Counted from the first letter of the stretch, positions 45,509 through 58,047 are shown. The stretch: DNA of 64,000 nt from Escherichia coli (GCF_001677475.2 NZ_CP015229.1); one strand, 5' to 3'. Made by a program: numbers and translations. Notes: a model not told the origin generated them from the sequence alone.

Positions 45509-46963
45509 TTATTTTTCAATCGGATAGATAGTACCCGTATTCATAATGCCGTTAGGATCGAACTGCTTTTTCAGCCCTTCCAGCAACGCCCACGCGCTGC
45601 CGTGTTCCAGTTTGCTCCAGTGAACGCGATGTTTACCGATACCGTGGTGGTGCACCATCGAACCACCGAGGCGAATGGTTTCTTCGCAGATGATTTTGTT
45701 GAGCGGATTGTGGTACTTGTCGATTTCCTCTTCCGGCTTACAGTCAACGACGTTGTAGTCGTAGACGAAGTACATGTTGGTGCCGTTCTGGTAGCTATGA
45801 GAGGAGTGACCGCCCAGCATGGTGATGTCGTCGGCGTGCGGGAACTCGGTACGAATACGGTTAATAACGCTTTCGTAGATTTCGTGAATGCAGCTCCAGC
45901 AGCCGGACACTTCGGTGGTAAAGCCCATGTTGCCGGTTTTGAGGATCTGCACACGTTCAGCGGCCACTTTATCCGGCCCCCAGTTCAGGTGATTAAACCA
46001 GGTTTCGATCAGCTTGCTGTCCACTCGCTGGCATTGCGGGTAACGTGCCACGATTTCCGCAATCCCTTCGCCTGTCGCCTTCGCAATGCGAGGGTTACCT
46101 TCAGCCATAAAGATCAGCACACATTTACCATCGGCAAAATGGGTGAAGTGTTGGGTGCCATCTTCAGCGTCATACAAACGAGCGATCGACGGACGATACC
46201 CTTCCACCATGATTTCACGCAGGATGTTGAAGCCGGTTTTCATGTCTTCCAGGATATAGCCGTAGAAGAGGTTGTTTTCCGGGGTGAACTTAAAGATTTT
46301 CACAGTTACTTCAGTGATATAGCACAATGCACCTTCGTTGCCGATGATGATGTGACGAATGTCCGGGCCTGCCGCGCGGCGTGGTACGTTTTTAATGCGT
46401 GTTACGGTGCCATCAGCCAATACTGCTTCCAGACCAACGACCATATCTTCGATTGCGCCGTAGAGTGTGGAGAACTGCCCGATACTGCGGGTTGCTACCA
46501 GGCCGCCCATCTGCGCCAGCGGCTTTGACTGCGGAGAATGCCCCGTGGTGTAACCTTTTTCACGCAACGCGTTTTCCAGCACTTCCAGCGGAACACCGCA
46601 TTGCGCCGTGGCCTGCATATTCTCAATATCAATATTAATGATTTGATTCATGGCAGAGCCGTCGAGCACCACCGAGTTTTCCACAACGGTTTCCAGCCCA
46701 CCTTCGGTGGCGGAAGCACCGGTACGTGGCACACCGTTAATTTTGTGCGCATTCATAAAATTCAGCACACGGGATACTTGTTCTGTGGAACCGAGTTTTA
46801 CGACCGCTGCCGGAATCGGCAAAGTATAAATGCCATGAATATCCGGAAATTTACGAAAACGGTCAATACTGTTCTTCTTTAATACTGTTTCATCGGTAAT
46901 TATGCGATCTGCACCAACAATTTCCTTTAGCTGGTCGACAATCGCTGCGCGAGATAAAGACAT
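45509..46963 (-). CDS. ygcU: FAD-linked oxidase, alkyl-DHAP-synthase/glycolate-oxidase-like
   Basis: 484 aa; PCMH-type FAD-binding domain followed by FAD-oxidase C-terminal domain. Confidence 0.88.
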   Translation of the reverse strand: MSLSRAAIVDQLKEIVGADRIITDETVLKKNSIDRFRKFPDIHGIYTLPIPAAVVKLGSTEQVSRVLNFMNAHKINGVPRTGASATEGGLETVVENSVVLDGSAMNQIINIDIENMQATAQCGVPLEVLENALREKGYTTGHSPQSKPLAQMGGLVATRSIGQFSTLYGAIEDMVVGLEAVLADGTVTRIKNVPRRAAGPDIRHIIIGNEGALCYITEVTVKIFKFTPENNLFYGYILEDMKTGFNILREIMVEGYRPSIARLYDAEDGTQHFTHFADGKCVLIFMAEGNPRIAKATGEGIAEIVARYPQCQRVDSKLIETWFNHLNWGPDKVAAERVQILKTGNMGFTTEVSGCWSCIHEIYESVINRIRTEFPHADDITMLGGHSSHSYQNGTNMYFVYDYNVVDCKPEEEIDKYHNPLNKIICEETIRLGGSMVHHHGIGKHRVHWSKLEHGSAWALLEGLKKQFDPNGIMNTGTIYPIEK

Positions 46964-47032
46964 AGTAATTCCTTCCTGATAATAAAAATGGAATAATCAT
47001 TAATAAGAGAAAACAGAAACCACCGTTATGGA

Positions 47033-47818
47033 TTAGCGCACTAAATAACCACCATCGACCACTAATAAATGCCCGTTAACATAATTTGAAGCCGGACTTG
47101 CGAGGAATACGGCTGCGCCCATTAAATCCTGAGTATCGCCCCAACGGTTTGCTGGAATATGATCAAGAACGCGCTGATTGGTTTCTGGATTACTGCGTGT
47201 CGCCAGCGTAATATCTGTTGCATAATAGCCAGGGGCAATACCATTTACCTGAATATTATATTGACCTAGTTCATCACAATAAGCTTTGGTGAATCCGGCA
47301 AGAGCATGTTTAGTGGCAGAATATGCAGGTGACCATTGTCCACCTAAGTAAGAGAATAATGAACAGATATTAATGATTTTACCGCTTTTCTGCGGGATCA
47401 TAATTTTTGCAGCTTCATAGCTTAACTCGAATGCGGCGGTCAGGTTCACATCAATCATCGGGTCCCAGTCGGCACGACCGAAGTCCAGCACCTTATTCAG
47501 CTTACAAATACCGGCATTGTTAATCAGAATATCGACGGTACCGAAACGTTCGCAACAGGCGGCGATTATCTTCTGCGGCGCGCCTTCTGCGGTGATATCC
47601 ACCTGCATGAAGTCCACCTCAACACCCTGTTTTTCAATCATTTCCTTTGTTTCGCCGTTATCTTTAACGAAGCTTGGAATAAAGATATTTGCGCCTGCTT
47701 TGGCCAGCGCCATGGCAAATGCCTGGCCTAAACCGCTATTCCCGCCGGTAACAATTGCGGTTTTACCTTTCAGGGAGAAAAAATCCATTGAGAACGCATT
47801 GAGAGATTCGATTGACAT
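47033..47818 (-). CDS. ygcW: Short-chain dehydrogenase/reductase (SDR)
   Basis: Start at ATG 47818 (MSIESLNAFS…), GGAG SD, 261 aa; TGGNSGLG cofactor motif, YxxxK active site. Confidence 0.88.
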   Translation of the reverse strand: MSIESLNAFSMDFFSLKGKTAIVTGGNSGLGQAFAMALAKAGANIFIPSFVKDNGETKEMIEKQGVEVDFMQVDITAEGAPQKIIAACCERFGTVDILINNAGICKLNKVLDFGRADWDPMIDVNLTAAFELSYEAAKIMIPQKSGKIINICSLFSYLGGQWSPAYSATKHALAGFTKAYCDELGQYNIQVNGIAPGYYATDITLATRSNPETNQRVLDHIPANRWGDTQDLMGAAVFLASPASNYVNGHLLVVDGGYLVR

Positions 47819-47840
47819 AGTTAGCTCCAATTTCCGTAAG

Positions 47841-47888
47841 GCAAAAAAAAAGAAAGGTAACTTCCCCCGCGAGAGGGAAGTTACCTTT
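47841..47888 (-). terminator. Intrinsic-terminator-like hairpin plus U9 tract in the ygcW 5' leader (candidate attenuator)
   Basis: Minus-strand transcript: AAAGGUAACUUCCC-UCUCGCGG-GGGAAGUUACCUUU (14-bp stem) then CUUUUUUUUU, ending about 24 nt upstream of the ygcW ATG. No gene ends upstream on this strand. Confidence 0.6.
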
Positions 47889-48064
47889 CTCATTATCTCT
47901 GGTAACTGGAGATAATTTTTATCATAAGGGCATAATCGCTAATGTGATCGTAATCACAGTGTGATATTCGAATTGTCAAATAATTTTAAAAAGCAGAAGC
48001 GTGATTACTCTCACACAACACCACTGCTTTCCATGTTATTTCTTATTGCAATTACTAGAGACCT

Positions 48065-48112
48065 GAGAAAAGTAATCCACCTGAAAGGGCGGCTTACTTT
48101 TCTCTTTTTTTT
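48065..48112 (+). terminator. Intrinsic-terminator-like hairpin plus U8 tract in the yqcE 5' leader (candidate attenuator)
   Basis: GAGAAAAGTAA-(18-nt loop)-TTACTTTTCTC (11-bp perfect stem) then TTTTTTTT, ending 25 nt upstream of the yqcE ATG. Confidence 0.6.
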
Positions 48113-48136
48113 GTCTATTACAAATGGGAATACGAT

Positions 48137-49414
48137 ATGCAACACAACTCATATCGCCGTTGGATAACCCTCGCGATAATTAGTTTTAGCGGCGGCGTTA
48201 GTTTCGACCTGGCTTATTTACGTTATATTTATCAAATTCCCATGGCGAAATTTATGGGATTCAGCAATACCGAGATAGGTTTAATAATGAGTACCTTTGG
48301 TATTGCGGCTATTATTCTTTATGCCCCCAGCGGCGTTATTGCCGATAAATTTTCACACCGCAAAATGATTACTTCCGCGATGATCATTACCGGATTACTG
48401 GGTCTGTTAATGGCAACATATCCACCGCTGTGGGTAATGCTCTGTATTCAGGTCGCCTTTGCGATAACGACGATTTTAATGCTGTGGTCGGTGTCGATTA
48501 AAGCCGCATCGTTGCTGGGCGATCATAGCGAGCAAGGGAAAATTATGGGCTGGATGGAAGGGCTGCGCGGCGTCGGTGTAATGTCGCTGGCGGTGTTTAC
48601 CATGTGGGTCTTTTCTCGCTTTGCACCGGATGACAGCGCCAGCCTGAAAACGGTCATTATTATCTATAGTGTGGTTTACATTCTGCTGGGCATTTTGTGT
48701 TGGTTTTTTGTTAGCGATAACAACAACCTGCGCAATACCAATAACGAAGAAAAACAGTCATTCCAGCTTAGCGACATCCTGGCCGTTTTGCGCATCAGCA
48801 CCACCTGGTATTGCAGCATGGTGATTTTTGGTGTCTTCACCATCTACGCCATTCTGAGTTACTCCACCAACTATCTGACCGAAATGTACGGCATGTCGCT
48901 GGTGGCGGCGAGCTACATGGGGATTGTGATCAACAAAATATTCCGCGCACTGTGCGGCCCACTTGGTGGCATTATCACCACCTACAGCAAAGTGAAATCC
49001 CCTACCCGCGTGATCCAAATCCTTTCCGTACTCGGCTTGCTGGCGTTAACTGCCCTGCTCGTCACGAACTCTAACCCGCAATCGGTCGCGATGGGGATTG
49101 GCCTGATTTTACTGCTGGGATTCACCTGTTACGCCTCACGCGGGCTGTACTGGGCCTGCCCTGGCGAAGCGAGAACACCGTCTTACATTATGGGCACCAC
49201 GGTAGGTATTTGTTCGGTGATTGGATTCCTGCCGGATGTCTTCGTTTACCCGATTATCGGCTACTGGCAAGACACCCTGCCCGCTGCAGAAGCCTACCGC
49301 AATATGTGGCTGATGGGCATGGCGGCGCTTGCCATGGTGATCGTCTTTACCTTTTTGCTGTTCCAAAAAATTCGTACTGCTGATAGCACCCCTGCTATGG
49401 CTAGCAGCAAGTAA
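48137..49414 (+). CDS. yqcE: MFS transporter
   Basis: 425 aa; 12-TM MFS profile. Confidence 0.88.
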   Translation: MQHNSYRRWITLAIISFSGGVSFDLAYLRYIYQIPMAKFMGFSNTEIGLIMSTFGIAAIILYAPSGVIADKFSHRKMITSAMIITGLLGLLMATYPPLWVMLCIQVAFAITTILMLWSVSIKAASLLGDHSEQGKIMGWMEGLRGVGVMSLAVFTMWVFSRFAPDDSASLKTVIIIYSVVYILLGILCWFFVSDNNNLRNTNNEEKQSFQLSDILAVLRISTTWYCSMVIFGVFTIYAILSYSTNYLTEMYGMSLVAASYMGIVINKIFRALCGPLGGIITTYSKVKSPTRVIQILSVLGLLALTALLVTNSNPQSVAMGIGLILLLGFTCYASRGLYWACPGEARTPSYIMGTTVGICSVIGFLPDVFVYPIIGYWQDTLPAAEAYRNMWLMGMAALAMVIVFTFLLFQKIRTADSTPAMASSK

Positions 49415-49440
49415 GTCCAGAAAATTACAGGAGAAAAATC

Positions 49441-50919
49441 ATGTCGAAAAAATACATCATAGGGATTGATGGCGGAAGTCAGAGCACAAAAGTGGTGATG
49501 TATGATCTGGAAGGTAATGTGGTTTGCGAAGGCAAAGGCTTATTGCAGCCGATGCACACGCCAGATGCCGATACCGCAGAACATCCTGACGACGATTTAT
49601 GGGCATCATTATGTTTTGCCGGTCACGATTTGATGAGTCAGTTTGCCGGGAATAAAGAAGATATTGTCGGTATTGGTCTGGGATCCATCCGTTGCTGCCG
49701 TGCGTTATTGAAAGCCGATGGCACGCCAGCTGCGCCGTTGATTAGCTGGCAGGATGCACGCGTTACACGCCCTTACGAACATACGAATCCTGACGTGGCA
49801 TATGTCACCTCTTTTTCAGGTTATCTGACGCATCGCTTAACCGGCGAGTTTAAAGACAATATCGCCAACTATTTTGGTCAGTGGCCGGTGGATTATAAGA
49901 CCTGGGCATGGAGCGAAGATGCCGCGGTAATGGAAAAGTTTAATATCCCCCGCCAGATGCTTTTTGACGTGCAAATGCCGGGCACCGTTCTTGGGCATAT
50001 CACACCTCAAGCCGCGCTGGCGACGCATTTCCCGGCAGGACTGCCGGTTGTTTGTACCACCAGTGATAAACCGGTAGAAGCTCTGGGAGCTGGGTTACTG
50101 GATGATGAAACGGCGGTGATTTCTCTTGGCACCTACATCGCGCTGATGATGAACGGTAAAGCACTGCCGAAAGATCCAGTAGCGTACTGGCCGATTATGT
50201 CTTCTATTCCGCAAACATTGCTGTATGAAGGTTACGGTATCCGCAAAGGCATGTGGACAGTAAGCTGGCTGCGCGACATGTTAGGCGAGTCGTTAATTCA
50301 GGATGCCAAAGCACAGGATCTTTCACCGGAAGATTTGCTCAACAAAAAAGCTTCTTATGTGCCGCCTGGCTGTAATGGTCTGATGACGGTGCTGGACTGG
50401 CTGACCAATCCGTGGGAACCGTACAAACGCGGGATTATGATCGGCTTTGATTCCAGCATGGATTACGCATGGATATATCGTTCGATACTGGAAAGCGTGG
50501 CGCTGACGCTGAAGAACAATTACGACAATATGTGTAATGAAATGAATCACTTTGCAAAGCATGTGATCATTACTGGCGGCGGTTCGAACAGCGATCTGTT
50601 TATGCAGATTTTTGCCGACGTGTTCAACCTTCCGGCACGCCGTAACGCCATTAATGGTTGTGCAAGCCTGGGGGCAGCGATTAATACGGCGGTAGGTCTG
50701 GGGCTATACCCGGATTACGCAACGGCTGTCGACAAAATGGTTCGCGTGAAAGATATCTTTATGCCTGTTGAGAGCAACGCCAAACGCTACGACGCGATGA
50801 ATAAAGGCATTTTCAAAGACCTAACCAAACACACTGATGTGATCCTGAAAAAATCGTATGAAGTGATGCATGGTGAGCTGGGAAATGCGGATTCTATCCA
50901 GAGCTGGTCGAATGCGTGA
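49441..50919 (+). CDS. ygcE: FGGY-family carbohydrate kinase
   Basis: 492 aa; N-terminal IGIDGGSQSTKVVMYD (actin-like ATPase phosphate-1 motif), C-terminal GGGSNSDLFMQIFADV. Confidence 0.9.
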   Translation: MSKKYIIGIDGGSQSTKVVMYDLEGNVVCEGKGLLQPMHTPDADTAEHPDDDLWASLCFAGHDLMSQFAGNKEDIVGIGLGSIRCCRALLKADGTPAAPLISWQDARVTRPYEHTNPDVAYVTSFSGYLTHRLTGEFKDNIANYFGQWPVDYKTWAWSEDAAVMEKFNIPRQMLFDVQMPGTVLGHITPQAALATHFPAGLPVVCTTSDKPVEALGAGLLDDETAVISLGTYIALMMNGKALPKDPVAYWPIMSSIPQTLLYEGYGIRKGMWTVSWLRDMLGESLIQDAKAQDLSPEDLLNKKASYVPPGCNGLMTVLDWLTNPWEPYKRGIMIGFDSSMDYAWIYRSILESVALTLKNNYDNMCNEMNHFAKHVIITGGGSNSDLFMQIFADVFNLPARRNAINGCASLGAAINTAVGLGLYPDYATAVDKMVRVKDIFMPVESNAKRYDAMNKGIFKDLTKHTDVILKKSYEVMHGELGNADSIQSWSNA

Positions 50920-50926
50920 ATGAGGT

Positions 50927-50952
50927 AGGCCGGGCGGAAAACTGCCCGGCCT
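50927..50952 (+). terminator. GC-rich hairpin after ygcE (no U-tract)
   Basis: AGGCCGGGC-ggaaaact-GCCCGGCCT, 9-bp stem, 8 nt after the ygcE stop. Confidence 0.4.
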
Positions 50953-50964
50953 GAACATACCTAA

Positions 50965-51786
50965 ATGGTTATCCCCGCTAACGCGGGGAACTCACTGAAA
51001 ACACCGGCGAGATCGTATTTTTTGCCGGTTTATCCCCGCTCGCGCGGGGAACTCTACCGGAAGGCAGGCACATTAGATCAGGTGATCGGTTTATCCCCGC
51101 TCGCGCGGGGAACTCCAGTGAGCGGAAGAAGAATGACTAACAGAGAGCGGTTTATCCCCGCTCGCGCGGGGAACTCCCCAGCCACAACAGCCACGCGTCG
51201 CGCTGTTCCGGTTTATCCCCGCTCGCGCGGGGAACTCGGAAACCGCCCCGGCGGTGGTTGGCTGTTTGCCGGTTTATCCCCGCTCGCGCGGGGAACTCTT
51301 TGCGCCGGAAATAGGAATCGTATTCGGTCTCGGTTTATCCCCGCTCGCGCGGGGAACTCTTATGCATCTCATCAAGCTTGTCGCCAAACGACGGTTTATC
51401 CCCGCTCGCGCGGGGAACTCTTAAATCGCGCTGGAAAAAAATGGTTTTTGCGCGGTTTATCCCCGCTCGCGCGGGGAACTCACACCCCGTTGCAATAAAT
51501 GGTCTGGGGGCTGCGGTTTATCCCCGCTCGCGCGGGGAACTCCAAACGCTTCTTCGTAGGCAGCACTGTAGGCCCGGTTTATCCCCGCTCGCGCGGGGAA
51601 CTCGGTGAAAAGATGAGTGCATACTGGTTTGTTTTCGGTTTATCCCCGCTCGCGCGGGGAACTCTCTTTTCCCGCTAATCACGACCAGATCCTGTCCGGT
51701 TTATCCCCGCTCGCGCGGGGAACTCGTAAAACCTCCTCGCGCCCACAATCGCAGCGGCGGTTTATCCCCGCTCGCGCGGGGAACTC
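50965..51786 (-). CRISPR. CRISPR array 2 (type I-E): 13 identical 29-nt repeats plus 1 degenerate terminal repeat, 13 spacers of 32 nt
   Basis: Repeat CGGTTTATCCCCGCTCGCGCGGGGAACTC recurs at 51026 + 61k for k=0..12. Degenerate distal repeat (GGTTATCCCCGCTAACGCGGGGAACTC) at 50966-50993. Leader on the queE side. Confidence 0.97.
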
Positions 51787-51960
51787 TCTAAACATAACCT
51801 ATTATTAATTAATGATTTTTTAAGCCAGTCACAATCTACCAACTTTACAGGATCACACAAACAACACATCTATTATGTTAAAGAGCACTTAATCCATTGA
51901 TTGAAAAGGTAAATATTTAAAATAACTCTATACAAACTAAAATCTACCAAACTCCGACGT
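51787..51960 (-). promoter_or_regulatory. CRISPR array 2 leader (AT-rich)
   Basis: AT-rich; contains CACAATCTACCAAC about 44 nt from the first repeat, shared with the array 1 leader. The outer boundary is approximate. Confidence 0.6.
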
Positions 51961-52125
51961 AATAATTTTCACCCCAGAGAAAAATTAACGCCACAGAATT
52001 TGTAGAGAATGACAATGATTAGTCCGGAATGGGCAAAATGGATGAGTTTTCAGAGGCGACAAAAAATATAAATGAGTGGAAGTCTTTACAGGTTCCACCC
52101 ATTTATAACGTATATAAATGTGTAA

Positions 52126-52797
52126 TCAGGCAATATTTAAATATTTATGTGTTTGCATCGACAAACGCCAGTTACGCGCAATGCAAGTTTCAATGCACAA
52201 ACGTGTGGCATCATCCTTTTGGCTAATCGGCTGCAGTGCAATGACTCGCGGTTTATCATCGGTCAGCGTCGCAAGCAATTCATCCAGTGCTTCGATATCA
52301 CGTACGCGTCCAACTGGGTGTTTGATTTCGTTAGCTCGCTCCAGGGCTTGCGACAATACTTCATAACCACCACGCATATTTAGCTTTGGCGACACGGTGA
52401 CCCAGGTATTCGGCGTACAACGCACTTCATGAGTACCGCTGGTTTCTATCTGGCAACTGAAACCGTTCTTTTCGAGCAGGTCAGTTAGTGGCATCAAGTC
52501 ATGAATACAAGGTTCACCACCCGTAATCACCACGTGACGCGCGGTGTATCCCTGACGACCGATGACTGCGAGTAAGTCTTCACTGCTTGCTGCTCCCCAC
52601 TTATCACTCTCTTTCGTTTTACCTAGAATGCTGAAAAGGGAAACTTCCCGATCCTCAAGCTTTTCCCATGTGTGTTTGGTGTCGCACCAGGCACAGCCGA
52701 CCGGGCATCCCTGTAAACGAATAAAAATAGCGGGGACGCCGGTAAAGTAACCCTCACCTTGCAGGGTCTGGAACATCTCGTTAATCGGGTACTGCAT
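52126..52797 (-). CDS. queE: 7-carboxy-7-deazaguanine synthase (radical SAM)
   Basis: 223 aa; radical-SAM Cys cluster (…RLQGCPVGCAWCDT…). Confidence 0.95.
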   Translation of the reverse strand: MQYPINEMFQTLQGEGYFTGVPAIFIRLQGCPVGCAWCDTKHTWEKLEDREVSLFSILGKTKESDKWGAASSEDLLAVIGRQGYTARHVVITGGEPCIHDLMPLTDLLEKNGFSCQIETSGTHEVRCTPNTWVTVSPKLNMRGGYEVLSQALERANEIKHPVGRVRDIEALDELLATLTDDKPRVIALQPISQKDDATRLCIETCIARNWRLSMQTHKYLNIA

Positions 52798-52969
52798 AGC
52801 ATTCTCTGTGAAGTGGATAATTGTTAATTATTGCAGATCCTGCCACAACAATCATGTCTTATTAACATTCTGTTACAGGCAGGTTTAAAGAAAAATGAGA
52901 AACAGATCGTTAATAATAAAAGGGAGTAACGTATTATGTCAGAAATAAATAAAGTAAAGGGATTTAATC

Positions 52970-53077
52970 ATGTCAAAAACATTCACCAAAATTATACTTA
53001 TTTTTTCTGTGTTCGTTTTTAATTATAACGAATCTCAAATTACCGATGCCGCCGTCAATTTATTTATCCAGCTTTAA
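52970..53077 (+). CDS. Candidate small hydrophobic protein (35 aa), hypothetical
   Basis: ATG 52970 preceded by AAGGGA at 7-nt spacing; [35 protein letters not shown] has a TM-like N-terminal segment and ends 14 nt before the ygcG ATG. No homology evidence. Confidence 0.25.
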   Translation: MSKTFTKIILIFSVFVFNYNESQITDAAVNLFIQL

Positions 53078-53090
53078 TGGGAAATTTATA

Positions 53091-53945
53091 ATGCGCTATT
53101 TCATACTAATATTCACATTCGTGTGTTCCTTTGTTGCAGCCCAACCAACTATTGTCCCACAATTACAGCAACAAGTTACGGATCTTACGAGTAGCTTAAA
53201 CTCACAAGAAAAGAAAGAACTGACGCGGAAGTTAGAATCTATTTTCAATAATACCCAAGTGCAAATTGCTGTATTAATTGTTCCCACAACCAAAGACGAG
53301 ACAATTGAACAATATGCTACACGGGTTTTTGACAATTGGCGTTTAGGAGATGCCAAACGTAATGATGGGATACTGGTCATTGTTGCCTGGTCGGATCGTA
53401 CTGTCCGCATCCAGGTAGGTTATGGGCTGGAAGAAAAGGTAACCGATGCTCTGGCTGGAGATATCATCCGTAGCAACATGATACCCGCATTTAAACAACA
53501 AAAATTAGCTCAGGGATTAGAGCTAGCTATAAACGCTTTGAATAACCAACTCACTTCACAACACCAATATCCGGCTAATCCTTCAGAAAGTGAATCAGCG
53601 TCTTCCAGTGATCATTATTACTTTGCTATTTTTTGGGTATTTGCAGTGATGTTCTTCCCTTTCTGGTTTTTTCATCAAGGCAGTAGTTTTTGTCGCGCAT
53701 GTAAAAGTGGAGTCTGTATTTCAGCAATCTATCTTTTAGATTTATTCCTGTTCTCCGATAAAACTTTTTCCATTGCTGTATTTTCCTTCTTTTTTACTTT
53801 CACCATATTTATGGTCTTTACCTGTTTATGTGTACTTCAGAAAAAAGCATCTGGTAGAATTTATCATTCAGACAACAGCGGTTCCGGTGGCGGCTCAGAT
53901 AGCGGCGGATTTAGCGGCGGGGGCGGCGCATCTGGCCGCTGGTAA
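53091..53945 (+). CDS. ygcG: TPM-domain (TLP18.3/Psb32/MOLO-1-like) membrane-associated protein with Gly-rich C-terminal tail
   Basis: Start at ATG 53091 ([18 protein letters not shown]…, signal-peptide-like); ORF-track ATG at 53046 lacks an SD. TPM domain, TM segment, Gly/Ser-rich tail. Confidence 0.8.
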   Translation: MRYFILIFTFVCSFVAAQPTIVPQLQQQVTDLTSSLNSQEKKELTRKLESIFNNTQVQIAVLIVPTTKDETIEQYATRVFDNWRLGDAKRNDGILVIVAWSDRTVRIQVGYGLEEKVTDALAGDIIRSNMIPAFKQQKLAQGLELAINALNNQLTSQHQYPANPSESESASSSDHYYFAIFWVFAVMFFPFWFFHQGSSFCRACKSGVCISAIYLLDLFLFSDKTFSIAVFSFFFTFTIFMVFTCLCVLQKKASGRIYHSDNSGSGGGSDSGGFSGGGGASGRW

Positions 53946-53954
53946 CTCAACCAT

Positions 53955-53985
53955 AAAAAATGCCAGCCCGGAGGCTGGCATTTTT
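53955..53985. terminator. Bidirectional rho-independent terminator between ygcG and eno
   Basis: AAAAAATGCCAGCC-cgga-GGCTGGCATTTTT with A/T runs on both sides, between convergent stops at 53945 and 54005. Confidence 0.8.
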
Positions 53986-54004
53986 AAATCAGATAAAGTC
54001 AGTC

Positions 54005-55318
<1,314 letters not shown>

Positions 55319-55348
55319 TCACTAGTTAAACTGAAACTCCAGACAAAC

Positions 55349-55371
55349 AACGCGTACCCAGGGTACGCGTT
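55349..55371 (-). terminator. Palindromic stem-loop between pyrG and eno (possible partial terminator or processing site)
   Basis: AACGCGTACCC-a-GGGTACGCGTT palindrome; a U-rich stretch follows on the minus strand. Confidence 0.4.
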
Positions 55372-55390
55372 GCCGTTCTAACTTTTTTAC

Positions 55391-57043
<1,653 letters not shown>

Positions 57044-57255
57044 TTAGGTTGAAAAGACGATGGAATAACCAGGACGGGAAAGCAGTATACCCGAACATGA
57101 CCTGTGCCACAAACTTTCATTATCCCTCCTCTTCGCCAGCGCACTATTGAAATCAGGAGTGAGAAAATAGCCCCTTTGGGGTAAATGTTTTTGACGCAAA
57201 TCAAGCGCTTGTCATTTAAAAAATGACACAAATCGCGCTTGACCACGTAATTCCC

Positions 57256-58047
57256 TTAGAGATCAATTTCCTGCCGTTTTACCTGTTGCCAGACTTCTTC
57301 CATTGTTTCGAGGTCAACACCTGTCATTTCCAGTCCACGCGCGGCAACAATACGCTCCACTTCGCGAAAACGACGCTCGAATTTTTCGTTCGCTTTTTGC
57401 AATGCGATTTCCGCTTTTGTCCCTAAATGACGAGCCAGATTGACCGTGGCAAACAGCAGGTCGCCCATTTCCTCCTCCAGTTTAGCCTGGTCGATAACAG
57501 CCTGCCGTGCCTCGTACATCACCTCGTCGATCTCTTCGTAGACTTTATCGACTACCGGACCAAGCGTCGTCCAGTCAAAACCAACGTTGGCGCAACGTTT
57601 CTGGATTTTTTGCGCACGCATTAAAGCCGGTAAACTACGAGGAATATCGTCCAGCGCCGAATGCTGCGCTTTCTGCGCGCGCTCTTCGGTTTTGATTTGC
57701 TCCCAACGGGCAAGCACTTCACTACTGTTTTCGGCAGAACTGTAAGCAAAAACATGCGGATGGCGACGTTCTAACTTATCGCTGATCGCGGCGCAAATAT
57801 CATTAAAGTCAAAGCGCCCTTCTTCCTGGGCCATTTGTGCGTAAAACACCACCTGGAACAGCAGATCGCCCAGTTCACCGCGAAGATCGTCAAAATCTTC
57901 ACGGGCGATGGCGTCCAGCACCTCGTAGGTTTCTTCAAGGGTGTAAGGCGCAATGGTGGCAAATGTCTGCTCTTTATCCCACGGGCAGCCGTTTTCCGGA
58001 TCGCGCAGGCGCTGCATAATAGTGAGCAAACGGTCGATTTGATTCAT
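57256..58047 (-). CDS. mazG: Nucleoside triphosphate pyrophosphohydrolase MazG
   Basis: 263 aa; tandem MazG domains with EExxE motifs. Confidence 0.95.
   Translation of the reverse strand: MNQIDRLLTIMQRLRDPENGCPWDKEQTFATIAPYTLEETYEVLDAIAREDFDDLRGELGDLLFQVVFYAQMAQEEGRFDFNDICAAISDKLERRHPHVFAYSSAENSSEVLARWEQIKTEERAQKAQHSALDDIPRSLPALMRAQKIQKRCANVGFDWTTLGPVVDKVYEEIDEVMYEARQAVIDQAKLEEEMGDLLFATVNLARHLGTKAEIALQKANEKFERRFREVERIVAARGLEMTGVDLETMEEVWQQVKRQEIDL

Noticed and set aside
47961-48167. 68-aa ORF across the yqcE leader
   Set aside because: It reads straight through the terminator-like hairpin and U-tract and into the yqcE start; more parsimoniously an untranslated leader.
50965-51808. ORFs running through CRISPR array 2 (50965-51498, 51378-51608, 51617-51808)
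   Set aside because: Same artefact: repeated RSRGEL / SPLARGT / IPARAGNS peptides come from the CRISPR repeat read in three frames.
52050-52125. Possible queE terminator hairpin (GTGGAA … TTCCAC) followed by a T-rich stretch
   Set aside because: Only a 6-bp stem with an 11-nt loop; too weak to report as a feature.
57180-57255. AT-rich palindrome TGTCATTTAAAAAATGACA downstream of mazG
   Set aside because: Weak AT-only stem without a U-tract in the pyrG promoter region; insufficient to call a terminator or operator.
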